64,000 nt of DNA from a virus, in the IMG/VR virus record IMGVR_UViG_3300025645_004731, positions 1 through 64,000 of that record; one strand, written 5' to 3'. Under the pieces are notes generated by a model, which had not been told where the DNA came from, did no database searches, and worked only from the letters and a program-made list of their open reading frames with translations. A program made the translations under genes and the position numbers. Shown here in pieces: positions 56,260 to 64,000 of the stretch (position 1 is its first letter; every line of letters starts with the position of its first letter).

Positions 56260-57876
56260 TTATGCCTTCTTCGTCACTGATGGCAACGCGGCGATAAGAT
56301 TTGGTTTATCTTTTGGCGTTGCTCTCGCTAAAGTAGGCGATGGCGCTGGAGAAGATAATGCCGGATCATTCAATACTGGACCCATTGGAGCAGATGCCGG
56401 AGGAGTAACCGGAGTAACTGGCTGTGGTGCTGCTACTGGTGCTGCCGGAGTAACTGGTTTTGGTGCTGCCGGAGTAACTGGTTTTGGTGCTGCCGGAGTA
56501 ACTGGTTTTGGTGCTGCCGGAGTAACTGGTTTTGGTTTTGGTGCTGCTACTGGCGGAGTAACTGGTTTTGGTGCTGCTACTGGCGGAGTAGTCGGAGTAG
56601 ATACGGGCGGAGTAGTCATGGGTGTTGCTCCTTTAGTATCAAATCTTTTCGTGGGTATTGTCGGAGGAGTAGACGCTAATGCACCAGCCTTTGGGGCGAT
56701 TGTCGCTGGCGCTGTGCCGCCTGTTGCTACAGATGACCCTGGTCCACTGTATGATGGAGGAGTAGATGCCAATGCGCCTGCTTTTGCTATTGTCGGCGAT
56801 GTCGTGACACTTGGAGTATCTAACGCACCTGCTGTCGGGGTACTCGGCGTGGCAGGAGTAACTGGCGTTGTTGTCGCCTGGGACGTAAAGATATTCTTCA
56901 TCGCTCCGATTGTTTGATTGCCTGCTATCGCATCCTGCTGTAATCCAAAGTCGCTCTGAAATTGTTTTACTGCTGCTGCGGTATTTTTACCATATCTGCC
57001 ATCGGCTCCTGTACTACCAATATCATAGCCCAGCGATGTCAGCCCCTGTTGTAAATTTGTTACATTTGGGCCACTGGAGCCTTGTTTCATATTGAAATTA
57101 CTTGTGCCTACTTTTCCCAATGTTCCGATACTAGCGGTACTGCGGTCAATCGCGGTAGTAGGAGCAGTGAATAATGGAGGCTTGGTGATTGGTGCGACGG
57201 TTGGTGACGGAGTAAAGGATGCTGGCTTAGGATCTAACGCGCCAGCCTGTGTACTAAAATCGGTCATTGTGTTGCTTGGTCCAGTGAGACTAGCATACTG
57301 TGTGTTGTTCGGCATTGGTGAACCAGATGGGTCGAATGGCTCCGCCTTTAGTGATGTATCAAGAATATTGGCAAAGTCGCTTCTGTTTTTTAATCCGGCG
57401 GATCTGTATTGTGGATCATTTAGTCTCCATCTGATATAGTCGTTGCCCAATACATTAGTGGCAGTAGCATCATCAATATTAGGATTATTCAAGAATTCAT
57501 TCTTTGTGTCGGCATATGACGGATTATTTTCAATTTCGCTGCGAACAAATCCAGCCTGTGCGTCTAGTGTTGCCTGCCCTGGTATCATATTACCAGTATC
57601 GTCTAATACGCCAGCGTTTCCTAAAAAGTTCATAAGCTCGGGTTTGCGATCCCCCTGCCAACTAATCATTCCCACATTTTGTGCGTTATTTGCTGGATCA
57701 CTGTGTGTGCCATAAATTAAATCAGCGTTCATTGAATTTTCTCTGCCTACCTCAGCAGTAAATGCTCTAGCTTGAGCATCGCTAAATCCATTATTTCTGA
57801 ATGCGTTGTATATACCACGAGCCATAGATTGCTGCCGCGCTGTTCCTGCTTCACTGAGTAATTCGTGTAGTCTCAT
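56260..57876 (-). CDS. Phage tail-lysozyme-like domain + peptidoglycan-binding domain + Pro-rich tail
   Basis: GFSDAQA...VGRENS...GMISWQGDR; LQQGL..LGY..G..GADGRYG..T.AAVKQFQ; PAAPKPVT repeats. Confidence 0.8.
   Translation of the reverse strand: MRLHELLSEAGTARQQSMARGIYNAFRNNGFSDAQARAFTAEVGRENSMNADLIYGTHSDPANNAQNVGMISWQGDRKPELMNFLGNAGVLDDTGNMIPGQATLDAQAGFVRSEIENNPSYADTKNEFLNNPNIDDATATNVLGNDYIRWRLNDPQYRSAGLKNRSDFANILDTSLKAEPFDPSGSPMPNNTQYASLTGPSNTMTDFSTQAGALDPKPASFTPSPTVAPITKPPLFTAPTTAIDRSTASIGTLGKVGTSNFNMKQGSSGPNVTNLQQGLTSLGYDIGSTGADGRYGKNTAAAVKQFQSDFGLQQDAIAGNQTIGAMKNIFTSQATTTPVTPATPSTPTAGALDTPSVTTSPTIAKAGALASTPPSYSGPGSSVATGGTAPATIAPKAGALASTPPTIPTKRFDTKGATPMTTPPVSTPTTPPVAAPKPVTPPVAAPKPKPVTPAAPKPVTPAAPKPVTPAAPKPVTPAAPVAAPQPVTPVTPPASAPMGPVLNDPALSSPAPSPTLARATPKDKPNLIAALPSVTKKA
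56438..56590 (-). repeat. 24-nt coding tandem repeat (PAAPKPVT)
   Basis: ggagtaactggttttggtgctgcc x3 plus degenerate copies. Confidence 0.85.
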
Positions 57877-57877
57877 A

Positions 57878-58690
57878 TTATCTTCCTTGAGTTAACATTG
57901 TCATTAGCTGTAATAGGACATGTGGCGATAGTGTTTTTCTAGCAGCGCCCAATGATGATATCGCATTGCGAATCTGGTCAGCATATTCTGGAGTAAATTG
58001 TTGCTTGCTTTCCATGTCGTTAACAAAATTTAATATTGCGTTAGCGTCTATTGGCATTATCTCTTCTTGTGGTTGAGGAGCTTGTGCCATTGGTTGTTCT
58101 TCAGCTTCAGTATGTACTTCTGGATGTAACGCCTGTCCACTAATATCTTTGAATGGCACATTTGCTCTTGTCAATATCGCTGTTAGCTTGTCAACTTCTT
58201 CCTGATTGGAAAGTGTTATCATCATGTCACTTTCGCTCTGTCCAAATTCCTCTGGCGGTTGTTGATTTAATGTAGGAAAATGCTGACCGATCTTACTCCA
58301 ATCTAATTCTCCAGGCGTATCAATAACAAGAGTGAATTGTGGATTCGACAACAGAGTTTGCTGACCCGAGAAATCAGTGTCGCTGACATCACTGGCATCT
58401 TCACCCATAACTTTATCTGATAAAGCAACTCCAGCCCTCTTGGCTATTTTTCTAAGAGAATTAATACCTTTGCCAGTTTTGACCGCTGCTTTAATCATTG
58501 CCATCATAACTGGCGCAGCAAGTCCGGCAACTGCCGCCATTGCGGCAATATCAGATAAGCCCGCAACATCTTCGCTGACATCACTAGCATCTTCTTCGAT
58601 GGGAGTTGGCTCAAATCTAGCCTTTTTGGCGAATGAGAGACCGAAGTTCTCCTCGGATAAAGCTGAAGTGAACTCGTTAATCTTGACCAT
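57878..58690 (-). CDS. Hypothetical head-associated protein
   Basis: MVKINEF...LSE; ATAAATA at 58722-58728. Confidence 0.7.
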   Translation of the reverse strand: MVKINEFTSALSEENFGLSFAKKARFEPTPIEEDASDVSEDVAGLSDIAAMAAVAGLAAPVMMAMIKAAVKTGKGINSLRKIAKRAGVALSDKVMGEDASDVSDTDFSGQQTLLSNPQFTLVIDTPGELDWSKIGQHFPTLNQQPPEEFGQSESDMMITLSNQEEVDKLTAILTRANVPFKDISGQALHPEVHTEAEEQPMAQAPQPQEEIMPIDANAILNFVNDMESKQQFTPEYADQIRNAISSLGAARKTLSPHVLLQLMTMLTQGR

Positions 58691-58738
58691 GATGAAATCC
58701 TTATCTTATATTATATACTAATATTTATGCGATATTAC

Positions 58739-58830
58739 TTGACACGTGGGTTCTCTTGTGATATACTATAATAGTAAGGTGCTTTGGATGACAAATAATG
58801 CTTGACAAGCAAGGCGCCATGGTGTATAAT
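58739..58830 (+). promoter_or_regulatory. Two tandem sigma70 promoters
   Basis: TTGACA-17-TATACT (58739-58767) and TTGACA-17-TATAAT (58802-58830). Confidence 0.8.
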
Positions 58831-58861
58831 ATATGTACAGCAACAAAGAAAACGAATCAGC

Positions 58862-59518
58862 ATGAATATCTATCCCTCTTATACCTATCATATTTCCTGG
58901 ACAAAGCAGGACAAACACTATTATGGTGTTCGTGTAGCGAATCAATGTCAGCCAGAAGAAGACTTATGGATAGAGTATCATACTTCCTCCAATATTGTCA
59001 AGTCATTTCGTGAAGAATACGGCGAACCAGATATTATTCGTATAGACCAGACATTTGACACCCGTGAGGCAGCAGGCGAATATGAGATTCAATTCCTAAC
59101 CGAGAATGAGTGTGTGTTCTCACCGAAATGGCTGAATATGGCAGCCTGGCCGATGGTTGACAATCGCGGTGAAAATCATTACCTGTATGGAAAAACTCGT
59201 TCCAAAGAAACCAAAAGAAAAATGTCTGAGGCGAAGAAGGGAAAAAATCATCCCATGTATGGAAAAACTCATTCCGAAGAAGCCAAAAGAAAACAGTCCG
59301 AGGCGAAGAAGGGAAAAACTCCTTCCGAAGAACACAGAAGAAAATTATCTGAGGCGAGCAAGGGTAAACCACAATCCGAAGAACACTCAAGAAAAATATC
59401 TGAGGGGCTGATGGGAAAACCACAAGAAAAAGTTACATGCCCCCACTGTAAGAAGACAGGTGGTGTTTCCGGTATGACAAGATATCATAACGATAACTGT
59501 AAGAAAAAAGTCAAGTAG
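58862..59518 (+). mobile_element. Free-standing GIY-YIG-like/NUMOD3 homing endonuclease (copy 2)
   Basis: N-terminal domain near-identical to 25228-25872; NUMOD3 repeats; CPHC. Confidence 0.85.
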
Positions 59519-59536
59519 AGAAAGATTCTACTTGAC
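59510..59536. terminator. Inverted repeat between convergent genes
   Basis: GTCAAGTAGA-7 nt-TCTACTTGAC. Confidence 0.45.
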
Positions 59537-59553
59537 AATTAGGCATTAGTGTG

Positions 59554-60042
59554 TTACCACTTCTTACATGACCAATAACGCGCGGCTGTTTTGGGTCCTG
59601 GGTTCTCGCAGTTGTGTCTGGCTCGAAAACTTTTCCGAGCAGCAGGATTATCTTTGCGGATTCTCATAGTCTTTTCATTACCCTTGCCCTGATGTCCAAA
59701 TCTGACCATCTTGACCTTGTCACCATCTTTGACATATACTTTGAATTTCTTCGATTCGTCTTTTCCGGTGGAAATAGGCTTATTTAATTTTACAGTGCGT
59801 CCGCGATATTCCGCTTCAAATAAATCATTTTCATCTTCGCTGTAGCCCAAATATCCAAACTCCTCGTGGAAGCATTGGTCGTCTTCTAGTACAATCTCTT
59901 CTTCAGCGACACAGTTATTAACACGAGTGTCGCCCTTACTGTTCATTTTGGTTTTCGGCTCTCCGATTTTATATCCGTCTTGACAGCTAGGATCCAGCCT
60001 TGTTTTGGTCTTCTTTGCTTCGATTACTTCATTAATTTTCAT
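59554..60042 (-). CDS. Conserved-looking phage protein (DUF6321-like C-terminus), putative head protein
   Basis: MKINEVIE; KKFKVYVK...VRFG...RKSFRARHNC...ARYWSCKKW. Confidence 0.75.
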   Translation of the reverse strand: MKINEVIEAKKTKTRLDPSCQDGYKIGEPKTKMNSKGDTRVNNCVAEEEIVLEDDQCFHEEFGYLGYSEDENDLFEAEYRGRTVKLNKPISTGKDESKKFKVYVKDGDKVKMVRFGHQGKGNEKTMRIRKDNPAARKSFRARHNCENPGPKTAARYWSCKKW

Positions 60043-60517
60043 TGTTATATTCCCATACATCTTGTGCTGTCTGTTCTAACCACGGGAATTTATTAAAGAA
60101 TTCCTTATTAGTGACTTTATATATTGTAAGTGGTAAATTCTTTTGGTCTACATATTGCTTGATGGCATTCATTACTTTAGAACCAGTGCCACCACCACGC
60201 TCGGAGGTAGATATTTGTGACATTAGGATTTTATTTGGACGATAGCTTGCTGCCGCATCTAATAGTATATGTCCAAAGTCACCCTTTAGCATATATGTGC
60301 CGCCACCACCTATCATTTCTGTACCTGACCACGGAACGCCTACTTTGCCCCAACTGGTCCAGCTAGTGGCGCCAATGGCATTGCCTACATGCTTAATGAG
60401 AGGATAATCATCATCCAATGGCCACCATTTCTTATCAAACTCGATATCAACGTATCCATTTTGGATAGCATCGAATTCTTCTTTTGAAACTTCTGATATA
60501 ATTTCTTCGATTAGCAT
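60032..60517 (-). CDS. Putative head protein with GNAT-like C-terminus
   Basis: MLIEEIISE; ERGGGTGSKVM...FFNKF; TATAAATA at 60557-60564. Confidence 0.6.
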   Translation of the reverse strand: MLIEEIISEVSKEEFDAIQNGYVDIEFDKKWWPLDDDYPLIKHVGNAIGATSWTSWGKVGVPWSGTEMIGGGGTYMLKGDFGHILLDAAASYRPNKILMSQISTSERGGGTGSKVMNAIKQYVDQKNLPLTIYKVTNKEFFNKFPWLEQTAQDVWEYNNEN

Positions 60518-60604
60518 CCACAAAAAATCCCTGATAAAACTCTATAATATTATTAATATTTATACGTTTACCAGGGATGAAGTTTGTTGTATTGTCGTTT
60601 CTTA

Positions 60605-61222
60605 TTATAGTTCGCCGCCCGGCACTTCCTGCATGCCATTGCCGACTAGGACAGTTCCTGCTAGACGTACAGTACCTGTGCCTACTACGATTGCGTTCTT
60701 CATAACAAATGTATCTCCGACTGAATACGGACTGTTGTCGCCGCTCAGATCATAAAATTTCCACTCAGTATCTCCTAGTGATACAATTTCGTATTCACGC
60801 GCGGGTAATGCATCTATTAAGCCAATTTCTGCGCCGCCCGCTTCTTCAGTCTGGGCCGCACCGTCAAAATTACTTGCCTCGAATGTCCAAGGATACATTT
60901 CACCGTCGTCGGCTCGTACTTTATGAGCTGAAATCTTTTCAACTTGTACAGCGTTTTGCGCATCGGTGAGAATTGTTATTGTCATTTCGCCTATCGCAGC
61001 ATCTTCTGGTGCGTTTGGATGCGAAGCGGCAACTGCGCCGTCTTTGTTTGACAACATGCATTCAAACTCATTTGTGCCGTCTGTACAGAGGAATTTTTTA
61101 CTGCCTGTTTGCTTTATAATCCAGCCTTGTACACTAGCGAAGCCGTTCCAGAATGTTACTCTAATCTCGTTTCCAGCATCCGTTGGTGGGCCGAAATATC
61201 TTTTGTTTAATGGTCTACCCAT
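60605..61222 (-). CDS. Hypothetical late (probably structural) protein
   Basis: MGRPLNKRYFG...GWIIKQTGSKKF; AAGGAG RBS; late-type promoter. Confidence 0.75.
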   Translation of the reverse strand: MGRPLNKRYFGPPTDAGNEIRVTFWNGFASVQGWIIKQTGSKKFLCTDGTNEFECMLSNKDGAVAASHPNAPEDAAIGEMTITILTDAQNAVQVEKISAHKVRADDGEMYPWTFEASNFDGAAQTEEAGGAEIGLIDALPAREYEIVSLGDTEWKFYDLSGDNSPYSVGDTFVMKNAIVVGTGTVRLAGTVLVGNGMQEVPGGEL

Positions 61223-61310
61223 TTGTTTTCTCCTTCAAGAAGTCCTATGCGGGTTCAAGCCGCTACGGGGTGGTGTCCCCATAAACTCTATTGAGCATAA
61301 CAGTATTTAT
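61223..61310 (-). ncRNA. Candidate structured cis-regulatory leader RNA
   Basis: After ATAAATA: stems UAUGGGG/CCCCGUA and GCGG/CCGC enclosed by GAGUUU/GGACUU, just before the RBS. Confidence 0.55.
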
Positions 61311-61312
61311 CA

Positions 61313-62125
61313 CTATTCAAGGAAGAAATTCTTGACATGTAGATGAGAACTCTCGCCGATGATGTTTATCCCCATCTTGGATTTAACAACATTAATTTCT
61401 ACACCTTCATTAATCATTCGGGAAAACTGTTGTAGAAACGGACTATGTTTTCGTTCGACTGTTATCTGGACGGCTCCTATTTCGCTACTACAAATAAAGC
61501 AATGTACCAGTTTATGTGAATAACTGAATTCATTTTTCACAACAATTTTTCTATTTGCGTAATGACTTGAATCAAATCTGGTAGTATAATCTGCCATATT
61601 GTTATCGTCTAATGAATGATTTGGCTTAACATCTTTGCCAAGATCCATCACAGAGTTATTAAAATAACTAACGTAGTTGTTATAAGGAAGAATCCCCAAC
61701 AAATGGTCTGCTTTTCGTTCCATCTCTCGTGGTGTCATATCCCCATTAATGCGTTGAACACTGGTATCCACCCGATACATCAATTCGAGATATCTAGACA
61801 GTTTAATGCCCTCAATAATAGTTCTTTTAGTATGAGATACATCGCCGCCTATAAATTCACTAAGACTTGTCCTGAATGGCGTCAGCATTGTTTTTGCTAA
61901 TTTTGCCTGAATAAAGAGTTGCCGATAATACTGCCAGATTACATTACACTGTCCAGCTGTTAGTTCAGGATTACATAAACAAAATATTTCAAAGCTGGAA
62001 GTATATTTTGGAGCACACTCGAATTTTCTATCGTTACTCTTATCGAAAACGAATTCGCGTGACAATTCGCCAGTAGTTGGGTCTACAATATCAGAGTCAA
62101 AGTCATAGTCATGCGGGGTTCTCAT
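61313..62125 (-). CDS. Hypothetical protein
   Basis: 270-aa ORF with ATGA overlap. Confidence 0.7.
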   Translation of the reverse strand: MRTPHDYDFDSDIVDPTTGELSREFVFDKSNDRKFECAPKYTSSFEIFCLCNPELTAGQCNVIWQYYRQLFIQAKLAKTMLTPFRTSLSEFIGGDVSHTKRTIIEGIKLSRYLELMYRVDTSVQRINGDMTPREMERKADHLLGILPYNNYVSYFNNSVMDLGKDVKPNHSLDDNNMADYTTRFDSSHYANRKIVVKNEFSYSHKLVHCFICSSEIGAVQITVERKHSPFLQQFSRMINEGVEINVVKSKMGINIIGESSHLHVKNFFLE

Positions 62126-62559
62126 CGGGTGTCTTCTACAAACTCACCATCAACGATTTTCATAACCTTACAGGGAACACTCAAGTCTCCAGCACGTTTG
62201 AAGTATGATCTACCACCATCTACTGCGCAATCGCCAACGTGTCGATAGTCATGTCTATGCTGTGAATACTCCCAACCATTAGGACCTTCAAGCATACCAA
62301 ACTCAAGTGTTTCAATCATATCCGCATCGGTGATCATAATACCACCACGAACGCCACCATAGTTGTTTGCATTATACAATCCAAAGTAGCGATTGCCAAA
62401 CTCGGGATGCGGTGTCTCACGATAGAAGATGTCTGCCGCATAATCAGCATGTTCATTCGGTGCAGAAGTGCAGACATACTTTACTGACACTCCATCCTTT
62501 TCACTGTAGAGTTTTTCTGCTCTTGCTGTGTCAAAAATTGGGTGGTGTTTAATGTTCAT
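62122..62559 (-). CDS. Hypothetical phage protein
   Basis: YSQHRHDY...AVDGGRSY. Confidence 0.7.
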   Translation of the reverse strand: MNIKHHPIFDTARAEKLYSEKDGVSVKYVCTSAPNEHADYAADIFYRETPHPEFGNRYFGLYNANNYGGVRGGIMITDADMIETLEFGMLEGPNGWEYSQHRHDYRHVGDCAVDGGRSYFKRAGDLSVPCKVMKIVDGEFVEDTR

Positions 62560-63584
62560 TGTGTTTCCTCTTCGAATGGAATACTTGCTAGATTTTTACA
62601 TTTTGATTCGCACATTATGTCCGCGATTTCACGAAAACTGCCTGCCCATTCATTTACTGCTTTATTCCACATATAGTCACTGTGTGCTCGTAGCTTGCCT
62701 TTTTTGTATCCATTTTCATAAAGATGTTTGAAGTCTGGAGCTGTGTTAGGGTCTTGATCTGGCAAATGCTCTTCTCTGCTCTGACTATAGTGTATAGCTG
62801 GTCGAACACCACGCCAACTGTCAATCACACGCTTAACACGGTCATCATCTGGCATAATATATTCGGCTTCGCGGCAAACATGGTGATGAATATCTAGCAC
62901 AAGCGCCACGTCTTTAGCCAACTCGAGGCTGTCACTAATTCCCCACTTGTTTTCGTCGTTTTCAATAGTGATACAGTTTCGTGCTTCTGGTGACAATCGT
63001 TGAAGCGCTGCTTTGATACCGGCTGGACCTTGTCGGCCCGAGATGTGGACGTTACACTTGAAGTCTTGCCACTTCTTACCGTAACCCATGTACCTGATGA
63101 TATCCGTGTGATATTCAAACTCCTCAATGCTACTTTCTACGATGGATGGTGTATCACTTGCTAGGACGACAAACTGACCTGGGTGCATAGATAGCCGAAC
63201 ATCTAGTTGTCTTGCTTTCTCGCCAACCTTTGCTAGTTCTCGTTCACAGTAATCAACCACATGAGACTGGCGCCAAAAGTCACGCCAATCAGGGTGAGTA
63301 TAGACTGGAAAAACTTCGCTGCCCAATCGGACCATGCGAAGTTGTGGTGCTAAGCTGCCAACATAACCAATCAGATTGCCAAGACTAGAGATATTATGTA
63401 CCATAATATCCCACAGGCGTTCTTCGGCAACAGCACGATCCTGGCGATTAAGCCATTGTACCGTGGTAGATCGACCGTTGAATGGACGTTGGATTTCTTC
63501 TAGTAATTTTTTCTTGAGTGATTGGTCATTGTGCATATACTTACATGCGAAGCCCACTCGACGGATATCATTATCAAACATCAT
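62556..63584 (-). CDS. uvsE: UV-damage endonuclease
   Basis: RVGFACK, RLGSE, RLSMHPGQF, IENDE, LDIHHH, HYSQ, RAHSD. Confidence 0.92.
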   Translation of the reverse strand: MMFDNDIRRVGFACKYMHNDQSLKKKLLEEIQRPFNGRSTTVQWLNRQDRAVAEERLWDIMVHNISSLGNLIGYVGSLAPQLRMVRLGSEVFPVYTHPDWRDFWRQSHVVDYCERELAKVGEKARQLDVRLSMHPGQFVVLASDTPSIVESSIEEFEYHTDIIRYMGYGKKWQDFKCNVHISGRQGPAGIKAALQRLSPEARNCITIENDENKWGISDSLELAKDVALVLDIHHHVCREAEYIMPDDDRVKRVIDSWRGVRPAIHYSQSREEHLPDQDPNTAPDFKHLYENGYKKGKLRAHSDYMWNKAVNEWAGSFREIADIMCESKCKNLASIPFEEETQ

Positions 63585-63826
63585 GTCATTTCTTCTACTT
63601 CGCAACCTTCTGCGAACAACATCAACTCTGCTGCCAAGTTACGAGCCTGCTCTTTAGTCAACTGTAGGCTATCGAAGAAACGGGCAGATGTGGACAACGG
63701 TTTGTCGCTGTCACGCTTTTGTGTTATCTGTATACAGGACAAACGATCCTTGCCACCCCAGAAACGTGTCTGAGTCAATTGATTCTGTGCCTCACAGTTT
63801 GGAACATTACGCAGTTGAGTTGACAT
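63581..63826 (-). CDS. Hypothetical protein
   Basis: Downstream of a sigma70 promoter; overlaps uvsE. Confidence 0.65.
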   Translation of the reverse strand: MSTQLRNVPNCEAQNQLTQTRFWGGKDRLSCIQITQKRDSDKPLSTSARFFDSLQLTKEQARNLAAELMLFAEGCEVEEMT

Positions 63827-63857
63827 ATTGATTCGCTTTCTTTGTTGCTATACGTAT

Positions 63858-63886
63858 AATATACACCAAGGCATCTTGGTTGTCAA
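63858..63886 (-). promoter_or_regulatory. sigma70-type promoter with palindromic spacer
   Basis: TTGACA-17 nt-TATATT; ACCAAG-N4-CTTGGT at 63865-63880. Confidence 0.7.
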
Positions 63887-63898
63887 GTGTTAATTTAC

Positions 63899-64000
63899 CT
63901 AAAACCCAGAGTTTTCGGGTTGGTCATCAAAACACGCGGTGATATCTGCTACTTCTATCATCTGCTTCATGTGTATTTCGGTGACCAAGCTGCCAACGGA
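63899..64000 (-). CDS. Partial CDS (3' end only)
   Basis: Open frame from window edge to TAG 63899. Confidence 0.35.
   Translation of the reverse strand, partial: SVGSLVTEIHMKQMIEVADITACFDDQPENSGF

Noticed and set aside
56159-56917. 252-aa plus-strand ORF, and the 24-nt repeat as a possible CRISPR array
   Set aside because: Repeats are contiguous with no spacers and encode PAAPKPVT on the minus strand; no cas genes.
1-64000. Genome-wide TGA or TAG recoding
   Set aside because: Conserved genes (polB, metK, thyA, uvsE) are intact in the standard code, TGA ends many genes at ATGA overlaps, and only one in-frame stop was found.
1-64000. tRNA/rRNA genes
   Set aside because: No cloverleaf or T-loop signature was seen in the short intergenic gaps by eye; tRNAscan-SE would be needed to exclude them fully.

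Overview
The window is a segment of a large (jumbo-type) tailed dsDNA phage with T4-like organisation. Evidence: family-B DNA polymerase, sliding clamp, RNase H-type 5'-3' exonuclease, thyA/DHFR, MoxR+VWA, GH19 endolysin, collagen/YadA-type fibre, UvsE, two NUMOD3 homing endonucleases, about 11 sigma70-type promoters and many (A/C)TAAATA late-type promoters. Most genes are on the minus strand. Auxiliary genes (metK, pepA, fpr, DUF59) look alphaproteobacterial, possibly Roseobacter-type (inference). Highlights: (1) an 11.7-kb cluster of tailoring enzymes with seven cupin/2OG-Fe(II)-type oxygenases, a radical SAM enzyme, two SDRs, two nitroreductases, sulfotransferase-like, GNAT-like, methyltransferase, PLP and desaturase genes, but no scaffold synthase. 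(2) An unannotated 54-aa, 13-Cys peptide gene translationally coupled to an ATP-grasp-like gene that carries one in-frame TGA. (3) A 14-kb block of proteins sharing a T4-like capsid-targeting N-terminus, one of which looks like a protease-cleavable multi-effector polyprotein. (4) Two structured 5' leader RNAs. (5) A phage-borne type II R-M pair. All family calls come from reading motifs by eye, not from database searches. No tRNA, rRNA or CRISPR was seen.
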